From Heptranchias perlo (lineage: Eukaryota): 64,000 nt of DNA. Below are positions 26,101-38,346 of this stretch, one piece after another. Numbering within the stretch: position 1 is the stretch's first letter; every line of letters starts with the position of its first letter. A program made the position numbers and the translations under genes. The notes under the pieces were generated by a model. That model saw nothing but the letters and a program-made list of their open reading frames with translations. It was not told where the DNA came from and ran no database searches. The stretch spans positions 1,674,001 to 1,738,000 of the forward strand of contig NC_090369.1 in assembly GCF_035084215.1 (NCBI RefSeq), given 5' to 3'.

Positions 26101-26940
26101 TGACGTCAAACTGTTAACCTTTCTGTTTCTTATACAGGTTGCAAGCAATTCAATATTAAATCAACAGGTGAGATAAACTGTCCTTTACTCTGAATAATTT
26201 TGGCCTTAAGAATATTTTGCTGGGGGGGGGGAATATTAAACACGGTAGTACAATTTGGTGATTTTCTCTTTCTAGCAAAGTTCACTAATCAGAAAGGACG
26301 ATGTCAATCCAATCCATGCACAGCCAGCATGCGATCCAGTACCTCAAACACCTCTAATTCCAGCAGTTCTTCAGGTAACAGCAATTTTGTAACCCGGTCA
26401 ACTCAAACAGATCAACTCCAACTATTCTTCTCAGCAATGCGATCTAACCCAGGAATAGCTTGATCCCTCATCCCCACTGTCTCACAGACCAGGAAGGTCT
26501 CTCGTTTCATCCCTGGGCCTGTGCTGAGATAGGAGTGCTACAATTGGCCTCAGTGCCCAGGCCTGAGGAGGGGGATGGTGGGGGAGGTCTATAAACATTC
26601 CTGTTCCTGGCCTCTATCCGGTGATTCCTGCCAGAAGGAGCATGTGTGACGACCACCCCACCAACTGTTGACAATCACTGTCAAGAGTCACACGTGACAA
26701 ATGACTCCTAGTGTGGGGCACCAGAGGGAGCAGTGACTCTGGAACTGTACTTAAACAAGGAGGCATCATCAGGAGGGGAGGGGAGGGAAGAGGATGGTGA
26801 GAGAAAAAACATTCTTTGTGTGTCTGAGCATTTTGAAGTAACTGTTTCCTGGTTTGCAAACCAGGACAGGTTCTGAACAAATAAACTTACATTTCGTTAT
26901 CTTCTTTTCAGCTGACGGTTTGACTAAATCCTCTGCATAA
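20151..26940 (+). CDS. WB: MHC W-category beta chain (WB-1): class II beta-like chain with class I alpha2/alpha3 motifs, about 296 aa
   Basis: Exons: leader 20151-20223 (MQVFYRWTFVAVVAAVVCVVDGWS); beta1 22750-23022 (HLFHVQCEC..RYAYDG..SVCDE); beta2 23550-23822 (YLVC..FFP..SW..IVPQRDRTFQ..YSCQVEH); TM 24409-24522 (IIIGAVLGILGISSAVVTG); cytoplasmic 26138-26167, 26276-26374 and 26912-26940 (ADGLTKSSA*). All introns are phase-1 GT-AG. Confidence 0.88.
20380..20740 (+). mobile_element. Old CR1 3' fragment
   Basis: Degenerate match to the CR1 RT C-terminus and 3'UTR (GAATGGCCTCCTTCTGTGCTG). Confidence 0.6.
21488..21885 (+). mobile_element. Deu-domain tRNA-SINE
   Basis: GTCAGCTTGGCTCAGTTGG (A box), GGTTCAAGCCC (B box), then GCTGACACT..GCAGTACTGA core. 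Confidence 0.75.
24727..25663 (-). mobile_element. CR1 LINE 3' fragment in a WB-1 intron
   Basis: ORFs 25250..25552, 25021..25224 and 24852..25040 are CR1 RT C-terminal pieces. Confidence 0.9.
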
Positions 26941-27184
26941 GGTAAAAGTTCTGTCAAATATATTCAGTGATGTTTGTAACTGGGAGAAGTGCCTCTAATG
27001 TCGGTGTGCGATTCATGGGTCACCTGAACAGGTAGAAGGACACAGATCTTTTCTGGGCAATTAGTTGAATAAAACCTCAAAAGGATTTAGTACAGCACCT
27101 TCCTGTATTTAATAATGTCACTATCGATGCAATAATTCAATCTTGAGTTATTTGCCATGAATTTCCCAAAGCAACGTTACTGTG

Positions 27185-27585
27185 CTGTCAGCTTGGCTGA
27201 GTTGGTAATGTTTACATCTCTGACTTCGAAAGCTGTGGGTTCAGAACTTCAGCTCATGAACTGGGCTGACACTTAATTGTCGTATTGAGGGAGTGCTGCC
27301 TTTTGGATGAGATGTTAAGCTGTGGCCCCTGTCTGTTCAGTTAGATGTTAAAGATCCCATGGCATTATTAAAAAGAGCAGGGAGTTCTCCCGGTGCCCTG
27401 GCCAACATTGCTTCATTTACCATACCTCTTTTTAAAAAAAAAACACAGAATAACTGATTGTCCACCTAATTCATATCTGTGCGATTTTGTTAAATGCTGC
27501 AACTTGCTTCACTTCAAACTAATTACCTATCAAGAGCTTTGGGATGTTTCGGAGAGACATGATAAAGTGTTATATAAATGCAGTA
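27185..27585 (+). mobile_element. Deu-domain tRNA-SINE
   Basis: Same head, core and TATATAAATGCA tail as the other copies. Confidence 0.7.
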
Positions 27586-27990
27586 ATTTTGTTCTCTTTT
27601 CCTTCACAGGATGCAAAGTAACAGATGAAGCATCCTGGGGTTTTTTCCTGTGTCCACTTATATTTGCTGTTTTCTAATCAAAGCATTTTCTGTCATTGTC
27701 GGTCAGTTCCTCGGTGGCTTGCTTGTGTATTTTTTCATTGTGTGTGTGATTCATCCCAATCCCAATGTGCTATAAAATGTCAGTAGATTTATTGATGATT
27801 CACCATTTACACAGAACGTAAGAAGTAAAACATGAGATCAGTTTATTAGCCCCATTATAATTACGAGTGAAAGCTGCCCCATTGTACCTCATCTTATACT
27901 GTTATCAACAATGTAAACTACTGTATTTGCTCTTAAACTGATTAAAATTAAAGAGTGTAACCTAAAATTCAGAATCTCAAGAAGTACCAA

Positions 27991-28497
27991 GGCCTGGAAA
28001 TTGGATTGCGCCCGAATCGGGGTGCGCTCCGGGTGCAGTACGCTGTGCAGTGGTAGCCCCAGAGTCGGCTCGCTGGGGTGGGGAAGTAGAGTGCGATCGG
28101 CCCACTGTGAAGCCAGAGGAGGACAGCAGGTCAGTGTGGGGGGAGGGGGGCAAGCAGTGACTCGCAGCGTCCCACATTTGTAATGTGGAGCCAGGAGGAG
28201 CACTCAGGCTCTGCTGGTTTGGCTGCTGTGCGTCTGAGAAAACTGACTGCAGCATGCATGGTGCACGCTGCAACCAATCGCCAGCCATTTTAGGAAAGTG
28301 GCCTGAAGCAGGCCTTAGGCCCCCGATTTGCATAGACAATGGCCCCAGCTCCTGTTTCAAATGGGTGCCCTAATCGGTATGGCGGGCAGCGCATTTCCGG
28401 TGTAGATTAAGCGTGTGCTCGCCACATGACATACTGAAGCCTTCAGCCCCTGTTTTTTGCCCGATAAACAGGTACTGCGCAAACAAATTTCTAGGCC
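27991..28497. mobile_element. MITE-like non-autonomous DNA element, possibly PIF/Harbinger-derived
   Basis: Terminal inverted repeats GGCCTGGAAATT (27991-28002) and AATTTCTAGGCC (28486-28497); GC-rich interior with no credible ORF. Confidence 0.55.
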
Positions 28498-28819
28498 TTA
28501 AAGTGCTTCACAAAGAGAGATCGGACAGCAAGCAGGAGTAAGCAGAACAGTTCAGGGAGGGGCCAAATGTGCTTCCGCCTCCCCTAAATCTCTTTAATTA
28601 TATCCCATTCCCCAGGACTCAAGCTGAACCTGATGGTGTCCAGCCTCGGTGTCCTGTTTAACCCTAAGCTAACCTTCAATCACTACATCCTGTCCATTAC
28701 CAAGAGCGAGATCAGGAAGCCAGGCAGGAGAGCGCCAGAGAAATCCAAGCTGTAGTGTTGACGGATTTCATTGATGGTGGGTGAGTCGGGATGCAGACGG
28801 CCGATGTTATTAAGGTGTA

Positions 28820-29260
28820 ATCCTTGGCTCAGTGGGTAGCACACTCACCTGAGTCAGAAAGTTGTGGGTTCAAGTCCCCACGCCAGAGACTTGAGCACAA
28901 AATCCAGGGGCTGACACTCCCAGTGCACTACTGAGGGAGCGCCGCATCGGCGGAGGGACCGTCTTTCGGGGTGAGACGTTAAAACTGAGGCCCCATCTGC
29001 CTCTCGGGTGGTCGTAAAAGATCCCACGACCACTATCTGAAGAAGTGCAGGGGAGTTCTCCCCTGGGGCCAATATTTATCCCCCAACCAACATCACTAAA
29101 ACAGATTATCTAGTCATTGGATAGTTTGTGGGAGCTTGCTGTGCGCAAATTGACTGCTGCGTTTCCCACATTACGACAGTGACTGTACGCCAAAAAGTAC
29201 TTCATTGGTTGTAAAGCCCTTGGGGATGTCCTGAGAACACGATAGGTGTTACAGAAATGA
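28820..29260 (+). mobile_element. Deu-domain tRNA-SINE, near full length
   Basis: CCTTGGCTCAGTGGGTAGC, GGTTCAAGTCC, Deu core and L2-like 3' tail. Confidence 0.8.
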
Positions 29261-31133
29261 ACATTCTTTGCAGAAGGCTTACTGTTTAGTCTCACACATG
29301 AAGAATGGCTACTTGGATGATGCACCGAACCCCAGCAAGACGTAGCAGGTTTGGTGGGTTTGGGTGGGGGGGTAGGGAGAGAAGTCTTGGCAAACTATTT
29401 GACCATGGGAGTCGTCACAACCAAGCTACGAGATGAAGGGCAACTCATACCTGAGGGGAGGGGAGGGATGGGAAATTACACACCTACCAACACCTACAGC
29501 AAACTGGAGTTCATTCAACCCCCCAAAAGGGGATTTCTGTTCAACCAGGAATCGGTTATAATTAAACATAGTACACAGCTCAGAAATAAACATGTCATGA
29601 AGCTCCCACGTAACTCTCATTCCTTGAGCAGGTACTAATAGCTTCGCAGCGTTTAACCCTCCCTGTTCTGGATTCTTCTCACAATTTAAGTAAGATTAGA
29701 ATCCTCGGCCCTGCAACCACACTGTGGAAAAATAACACTGAACACTTAACGGCCGGTGCAGCAGACCTCCAAAAACGTCATCTCAAAAAGGCAGAGAACA
29801 TCCGCTACCCTCTGCTCAGGCTATCCTTTGTGGCACCACAGGGCTGGTTAATGCAGCACCAAGCTGTGAGCTGTGGTCAATGGGATGGCTCAGGCAGGGG
29901 TCCACTGGGTTCTACCACTGACCCAGCACACAATGTAGTGAGTGAGGATCGAATGGAACAGACATGACCTGACAGGGAGCCAGCTGGCAAACTCCCAATT
30001 AAACAGGGCCTCCCCTTCAGTGGTGCTCGGGCGTTCCAGTCACGTTATGGGGAAGTGCCCCCCCCAATTTAAATCATTCTTTGGCTTTATCTGCAGAGTG
30101 TGGGTACAAGCTCCCAGTCCTACAGGCTGGACAGCCACACTTTGGCACGGTGATCATCTCGGGAGTGTTGGAGGCCATTGGCCTCTGCCCCTGATAATAC
30201 AGGGAGAGAGCGGCCGTAGTCACGTCGTCGGCTCCCCGCGTAGCAGACACATAACACGGGATCGATCGATGCACTACATCAAGGCCGGGAATTACCGAGG
30301 AGCTGCTGCCGCTCTGCCGACATAGCTTCAATGGAAGTGTTCGGCGGAAATCCTGTTTACTTGCTGTAAACAGGAGTCTCTGCCGCGCATCCGGTGATGT
30401 AACGGCGGCGGTGCTGAGGAGGTTTCCAGCCCAAGTATCAGTCGCAAAAACACAGAATGGATCAACAACTTGCATTTATATAGCGTCTTTTAATATACAA
30501 GATGTTCCAAGCTGCTTTACAAAGGAATAGGGAGAACAGCATGCTGCACTACATCGCGTGTAAGACACATGGGATGGACCAATACACGACAGACACCTGC
30601 CCAAAGGCCTGACAGAGGTTTCAGGCGTGGAAAGAAAATGGTGGACAAAGAAAAATAAATGAAAGGGGAGATGTAACCATAAAGAAACAGGAGGTAGAAC
30701 AGAGTCACACTCGAAATACAACAAAATGACTTGTTCAGACTGTTAGACCCCGCCACATTTTAGTGGCAGTGCGTCGTCAATCACAATAAGGGTTAAACAT
30801 TTCCCATGTGTTTCTCCAGTTAGCACAGCTTGGAGCAGCCCGGGTTAGATAAACTCATCAGCTCAGGGGCTTCTCCCTGCAGCCTCTTGTCGCTCAGTCT
30901 CTGAAGGGATTGGCCATACTTGGGGTCCGTCGCTCAGGCTGAATCTCAGTTAAACAGGAGGCGCTCTTTCGAAGGCAAGTGGTTTCATCTTGGAATTCTT
31001 GCAGCAACAAAGATCAGATTCAATCTGGCCAGAGAGGATGAAGGGGAAAATGAAGGAGATGAAGACGGTGGTCACCTGGTCTCCCAAGTATTGGCGGGTG
31101 TTCAGAATTTGATGTTTCCTTAAAAATGAACGT

Positions 31134-34100
31134 CTAAGCAGGCGTAGAACTCGGTGGCTGTCCGTAATCTTCACACAGGTACTCAGTTTCAATCTGTAAC
31201 CAGACTCCTGAGAAGCAAAGTGGAGATGGGGTGATGCAGATAGAAGTCAGCATATGTCTACAGATATGAACAGTCCAGTATTGTCTGCAGCGCTCTGTTT
31301 TGTGTTACATTCTCCTGACCCCTTTAAGTAGGTAACCCTGGGCAGCTACTCCAAGACGACTGATGATTTTGTTGGGAAAAGTTAAAAATTGTTGGGAAAA
31401 TAGGCACCGGCCGTTCCCCGCTCCAGTACATCACCCAAGTGGTCGTACTTTATGTGGGAGCCCAGACCATGAGTGTCGGCGGGGTATTTGAGATCACAGC
31501 CGAGCCCCGTCCTGCCCTCACGCACTTCCCGCCGTGAGTTACATGATCCTAGCTGGCTTTTCCTCTCCCTAGCCCCGGGACACTGAGGCCGGCCGTAGTG
31601 CCCCTACCCCTACTGTGGCTGAGATCAGCTAACTCAGCACCGATCGGGGAATTAAACTCGGGACTTTCTGGTCTCTGTGACGTTACCCGCTAGCCCACTG
31701 GGGGCAGCTCTGCTCGGTTTGGCGGGGCAGGGAGACAGATTGCAGAACCTCCCCATAGGAGGTGAAACAGGTTGGGTAGAAACAGTGATCGTATGGACGG
31801 AGGGAGTGACCTTATGTAACACCGGCACCAGCCACACCTGTCCTGTCCAGTCCAGGTCCATCTAGAACGTGGCTATATGGTTGTAAATAATCACAGCGCA
31901 TCATTCACTCAGAGAATAAACCAATAACACCTCAGTGTGTTTGTACGTGTCTATGTGTGGATCACAATGCTGAGATTGTCTATTTGCGTCTTGTGGTGGG
32001 GAAGCTGTTACCTGAATTTGTGTTAGAGGCAGCTGAATTCGTGTTGGCTTGACTCTGGTTCAGCCCAGGTTGTGAACTACTGGCGTATTGCACTGGAAAG
32101 AAATAATCAACACAGCTCTGATTACATGTTTGACTCTCCCTCACCCCCGTCACAAATCAACGTGAAACTTTGTCTGTCTCACTCGTCAAAGTGTTTACCT
32201 GGAATCAGTATCTTAATGGGAGATAAATCAGAGTAATGCCATGAAATTACTTAAAGACCACTGAACTCTTGGGTTGATTGCACCTATCTTCACAGGTTAG
32301 AAGGTTCACTCGGTTAATCCCGGGGATGAGGGGGCGGACATATGAGGAGAGGTTGAGTAGATTGGGACTCTACTCATTGGAGATCAGAAGAATGAGAGGC
32401 AATCTTATTGAAACATATAAGATTGTGAAGGGGCTTGATCGGGTGGATGCGGTAAGGATGTTCCCAGGGATGGGTGAAACTAGAACTAGGGGGCATAATC
32501 TTAGAATAAGGGGCTGCTCTTTCAAAACTGAGATGAGGAGAAACTTCTTCACTCAGAGGGTAGTAGGTCTGTGGAATTTGCTGCCCCAGGAAGCTGTGGA
32601 AGCTACATCATTAGATAAATTTAAAACAGAAATAGACAGTTTCCTAGAAGTAAAGGGAATTAGGGGTTACGGGGAGCGGGCAGGAAATTGGACATGAATT
32701 TAGATTTGAGGTTAGGATCAGATCAGCCATGATCTTATTGAATGGCGGAGCAGGCTCGAGGGGCAGATTGGCCTACTCCTGCTCCTATTTCTTATGTTCT
32801 ACCTATTTTATCTATTTATTTGGCCACACACACACACACACAAGCTTTGAGACAAGTCCGTCACGCTTCAGGTGTCACACATGCACATTTCTGAGTCACA
32901 TGTCAGGAAAAGAGAGACAGCTAGCCAGTCATTTCCAATCCATAGCAAGACTTCTCAGCAGAAAATTCCTTCTAAGCAATTTAAGGAGTCACAGTTTTAA
33001 AAAAAAATATTGAAAAAAGGAATCTGCTGGACCTCTGAATGATCTGCCTGAGAATGGTTAGCCTCTTGGTGACCCAGGAAGGCACAGCAAATTCGCAGAT
33101 ATGCTGATTGTGGTGTTTGGAAGGGACTTTCTGAGAAGTTTGCAAAGGACAGTGTTTTCTGGACTGATGCATGGATATTCCTACCTTTCCATCTGATGAT
33201 TCCTCCAGATACAGCAATGATGATACCGGCCAACCCGGATATTATCCCAACCACATGTGCAGGAGATAGTAAGTTTTGACTCTTGGGAGCTGGGGGAAAA
33301 CGTAGAATTGGAGTAGAAAGATTTTATAGTACAGGGCACTTTGGTTGCTCTTTATTTTCTCCCCTCGACCCTGGGCCTCCTGAGATTACAGACCAATGCA
33401 GCCAAGAGGACGGACAGACAATCTGCTCTCAGACAACTATCGATGCTACTGGCATCTTGTTTCTAGAGGGTGCAAGAAACCAACCCAGTGATGCATTTGC
33501 TCCAACTTTCCCTGTACATTGCACCTTTGCCCCAGGGACTTGGCTAAGCTCACCGGTGAGGGGAGTCGCACGCATGGGCCAACACCCCAGCATTCTCATG
33601 TGCTATGCACGGTCAGTGTGCCGCCACTTGTTAACCAGCGGCTGGGGTGCAGATGTTATGGTTACACTTCAATTACCGACCTGTGTTAGCAATCCAGGCC
33701 AACTTGGGACTGGTATTTTAACAAGATTCCCCTAGCCTTCCCACTTCCTCTCCTGAAGGCATTGGGGTCCATGTTCCATGGGCCCTCTGGTACCATCTTC
33801 ATGAGGCCATTCTTCAAGTCTGAGCCTTGTGCGGCAAGGTATTGAGCTGCGGATGGGGCATCACACAGCTCAAAGTTGTCTCACCCACATCCATGTAGAG
33901 GGGTCACTGAACAGTGATCACTTTCTCTGCCCCCTTCCCCCCCTCGTAGCCCAGGGGAACTGAGGCCGATTGAAGACCCTCTTGTTAGGCAGAAAGACAG
34001 CTTCCTGAAACAGAGCGAGTCCCCTGTGAATCAAAATCTGCACCTGTACTCCTGCCCTGAGAGGGATGGCATGCCAATGGACCAACAATTATGCTTTAGT

Positions 34101-37100
34101 CACAGTATAATGCACCAGAAACCAAATGGAATGCCCACCACATCCTCCCGTCTACTCCAAATGTGGTAAATACCAAAGTCGAACCATTACGTTCAGGCTA
34201 AAACTAATTGTGAGATTTATTTACAAGTCATATAATTATACTGAGCAGTAAGTCAGTGCACGAAACTAAGAGGCTAATTTTCCAAAATTGGCACGTACTC
34301 TCTTGCACACTCCTACCAGCTGAGATCATCCAACTCAACACAGGCGGGGGATGGATCTTGAGACTTTCCGAGTCGGTATTACACAGGCTCAGGAACGCAC
34401 CAGGTGATGTGCATTTATACCCTGAGCTACAGGGGCTTTAAATTGTGCTTTTTAATGATATTGGGAGGAGTTGTTTTTAAAATGACAGTTCATCAAGAAA
34501 ACTATGTTAGATGATGATAGAAGTGCTCCAAATGATGAAATAGCTTGAGAGGGTAAACATTATTTCCACTGGTGGGTGAATCAATGGGGGCATGAACCCA
34601 GGATCAGTACTAGAAGCATAAAAGAGGAGGGTGGAAGGATTTTTTTTTAAAGTCAAAGGAGTATGAGAATATGGAATATATCAACCACACGGGGCTACTG
34701 AAGGTGAGTCAGCTGCATATCATTAAAGAGTGAATTAGATTAGCACTGAAGAAAAATATTAAAGGGGATGGGAAAAGAGCAGAGAAATAAGGTTAGAGTA
34801 GCAGGCTCAGACAGAGGAGACAGCACCAGCATAGGGCTGAATGGTTCCCAACTATGATTTTGTGTCCCAGGAAGGATCATTGTCCATACCTTCAAGTATA
34901 AGGGAGCATGAGTAGATCAGCGATTTGAAATCAGAAGGATCGGAAACCTGCAGTCCTCATGTTCAGCCCCAGTACTGGTGGGTGGGACGGGGCGATCTCT
35001 CTAAGCATGTCGGGAAATCATGGGTGCTGCCCTCAGTTTTCTGTCCATTACACCCCGCGCCCCTCCCCTTGTGTCGGCATACTGCACCAACTTTATTTAT
35101 ATTAGAGATGGTTTGGGTCACGGGGGTCTGTCCATACTTGAATTAAAGAGGGAAACAGTCTTGCCCTACCGGACAGTTTCAGATGCTGCGCCTTACCCCA
35201 AACTGCAGTTAGTTTGTCAGGGGCACTTCTGTGCTCCACCTGACAGGTGTAGGTGTCACCCCTCCTGGGATCAACGTTGACCTGCAGTGTGACCTGGAAC
35301 GACCCATCCTTGTTTGGCAAAATCCTGCTCCTTAACACCTCCTGTTGAACGGCCTCACCATTCCGCAGCCAGGTAGTGTTGATGCCTCGCGGGTAAAATC
35401 CACTGACTCTGCAGTTCAGATAGGAATTTTTCTCACCCTTCAGGTGGTGTACAGTTATCGTGATGGAGGGCTTGGCTGCAGAAGAGAGACGGACAATTGG
35501 TTTAAATCTAGTCAGCAAAGCAGCAGGGGAGGAAACTCCCAAAGGCCACAAGATTCAAATCAAACCATGTTGTTTGTTACAGTTTCCTCCCCCCGACCCT
35601 CTCCTGAAGAGACGGATTCCTGATTGGCAAAAGTTCCAGTGACTTCAGCAGCTTTCTAGTACATCACCCCATCCTGCCCGTGTGGGGGATAGACTTTGGA
35701 AGGCTTCATTGCCATGGGGTTGTGTGACAGCCAGACCTGATCCTGTGTACACACACACACACAGTGTCGTGAGGGCCTGGACTACGAGAAGGTGGAATTA
35801 TGGCTCCTTCAACCCCTCGGGAAGGAAAAACCCAGCAGGTCCTGTGAAAAAAGGCAGAAAGCAAAGTGGTGCAGTCGCCGACTTGTTCCACAGTTACCAG
35901 TTCAATTCATATTCACTCTGTTCTCAATACCTAACCAAAGCTCTGCTGCCCCGTATCCTGACTCGCACCAAGTCCTGTTCACCCATCACCCCCTGTGCTC
36001 GCTGACCTACGTCGGCTCCCGGTCCAGCAACGCCTCGATTTTAAAATTCTCATCCTCGGGTTCAAATCCCTCCCTGGCCTCGCCCCCCCTCCCTATCTCT
36101 GTAACCTCCTCCAGCCCCTACAACCCTCCCAGATCTCTGCGCTCCTACAATTCTGGCCTCTTGCGCATCCCCCGATTTCCATCGCTCCACCATTGGTGGC
36201 CATGCCTTCAGCTGCCTCGGCCCTAAGCTCTGGAATTCCCTCCCTAAACTTCTCCGCCTCTCTCTCCTCCTTTAAGATGCTCCTTAAAACCTACCGTTTT
36301 CACCAAGCTTTTGGTCACCTGTCCTAATATCTCCTTATGTGGCTCGGTGTCAAATTTTGTTTGATTACGTTCCTGTGAAGCTCCTCGGGACGTTTTACTA
36401 CGTTAAAGGCACTGGATAAATGCGAATTGTTTTTGTTTTGTCAGGAAGGAGTTGAAGACTTGGTCATAGGTGTTAATTGTATCCATGTGATTTATCTCAA
36501 TTAGTGTTAATCGTATTCAGGTGGTGCGTATCAACTGGGGGAATCACGTATCCATTTATAAGAGAGCTGATCTAGGGTGTGGAGTGTGTATTGTGGAGCT
36601 CTGTGAATAAAGGCTTGGAAGCAACTGAAGACCAGGATTCCATCCTTCACCACCGGGCTATCCAGTTAATGACAAGAGGGAGCATGACGATGAATTTGCC
36701 GATGACATAAAAGTAGGGGAGGGGTTGGCAAACGGTGAGGTGGAGGGTGAAAGACGTCAGGAGCACAGAGACAGGTTTAGAAATTGTGAGCGATGGGCTG
36801 AATGGTGGCACCTGATGCTGTAAACCATGATTCTAAGCTCCAGTTATCCACTGTTCACAACACTTTCCACCTATAGTCACGGGCTACTGATCAGAAGTGG
36901 GAGCCCGGGGTCTACTGGGACCAGTTTATGGAGCTTTAACCAGCCCCCTGCCGACCCCACCAGCTGTTATCAGCTAACTCAGCACTGCTGTGAGGATCTG
37001 ATCTGGGACCTTACTGAGAAGTCTGACTTGGTACCGCATCGCAGAGCCCGTGGGGCCGTCGGTGGGAATCATTTTAAGTTCTTCAGGACCTGGCGATAAG

Positions 37101-38346
37101 TCTAAGAGCACGATACATACCAGAAGGACAGGCTTGTGTTCGCCAGTCAAGTTGAGGCAGCTTACCAGTCAGAGTCCGAGTGACCCGTAAAATAATATCT
37201 GCGCCCAAAGGGCCGAAATAACTGTAGCGGTCCAGATTTTTGATTGTCCGCGAGCTGTTGTTCAGTTCGTCGACGTACAGTTCCAATAGCGGGCTGGTGG
37301 CCACGAGTTTCTTGGTGATGAAATTAAAGTGAGCGAGCTCTTTTCCATTGTAGGCAAACCGCAGGTTCATTACTGGGGGCTGAGAACCGTCGATGGAGAA
37401 AATCTGCTGGACCGTGTGTAACGCTGGAAAGCACAGGGTGGGAGAAAAAACCCACAGAGGCATTAGAGCGACATAGCCCACTCTGAGTTTAGAAGAAATC
37501 TAACTATACCACAGTGATCTCAACCCTTTTCTCTGTATATTTCTCCTCTCCTTGCTGGGCTACGGTCCCACAGATGCCTCAGGCGCCCTCCGCTACAGGT
37601 ATATTTTAAATACAATTAAGATTATCAGGGAACAAAGGCAACTTCATACCACCGACAACAACCAGCGATCACAAAGGATACGTGACACTTACAGAAAGGG
37701 GTACAAGGTCCAGAACCGAGCCACAATAGAGCAGGGGAGGCCCCAGTTTCAACCCCCGGGTCCGCCACAGCTGGAATGGGAGGGGGGGGCTTCAATCGGC
37801 CTCAGTACCCCTAGGTTAAGAGGGGGGGGGTGGAGAGAGGAGGGGGAAATAAGCCAGAGGGTCTTCCTGCTGACCACTTGCCAGTGGCTCCTGCTTGGAT
37901 GGTGCGTCGATTGATGGCTGTTGACCCTTAGGACTGGGGGGGGGGGGGCAGGGGGCAGGCTCAGTTGCGATGCCCACCTTGGTTGAATATCCCCGTCGAC
38001 TCTCACTGGATGCACGCTCCAAGAACGCGCCCATGGACGAGGTGCCGGAGAACGGCCGTGGAACCAAACCTCTGTAAACAAGAGAGAACCAAATGGACCT
38101 CAAATTATAAACTCCTACCCCCCCCCCATGTTAAATTATATGGGAGGGGGAAGTGGGAGGGGCTTTGAATGGAGCCCCGCCCCCTCCCAGGGACCACAGT
38201 CTGGTCCCCTTTACCCCAATGGAGACCCCCTCTCTCCCTGTGCCCCCTCTCCTCCACCATCATCACTACTTACCCAGAGTGGGCGAGGAGAGGAGGCAGA
38301 GGCCGAGAATCCAGAGGAGGCCCCAAGGGCAAAAGGATCGGCTCAT
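31134..38346 (-). CDS. WB: MHC W-category beta chain (WB-2), about 289 aa; the cytoplasmic exons are less certain
   Basis: Exons: leader 38346-38274 (MSRSFCPWGLLWILGLCLLSSPTL); beta1 37423-37166 (ALHTVQQIF..RFAYNGKELAHF, 86 codons, no Cys); beta2 35475-35197 (YLNC..GFYP..TW..RILPNKDGSFQ..YTCQVEH..VW); TM 33289-33185 (VVGIISGLAGIIIAVSGGII); cytoplasmic 32092-32012 and probably 31207-31134. Phase-1 GT-AG junctions. Confidence 0.82.
32297..32800 (+). mobile_element. Young CR1 LINE 3' end
   Basis: Intact RT C-terminus (ORF 32278..32697), nearly identical to the copy at 62075-62580. Confidence 0.92.
34545..34860 (+). mobile_element. Old CR1 3' fragment
   Basis: Degenerate similarity to the CR1 3' region. 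Confidence 0.45.
35935..36440 (+). mobile_element. L2-clade LINE 3' fragment
   Basis: ILTRTKSCSPITP and LPVQQRLDFKIL translations plus the L2 3' tail. Confidence 0.85.

Noticed and set aside
27068-27073. AATAAA as the WB-1 poly(A) signal
   Set aside because: A GT donor follows the stop (26942), as in WB-3, so this hexamer may be intronic; cannot be resolved without cDNA.
29820-30475. GC-rich ORFs 29942..30325 and 30074..30475
   Set aside because: No recognisable domain or convincing splice boundaries; probably UTR/intergenic or repeat-derived.
36470-36675. Possible short solo LTR (TG...AATAAA...CA)
   Set aside because: No clear target-site duplication or second copy in the window.
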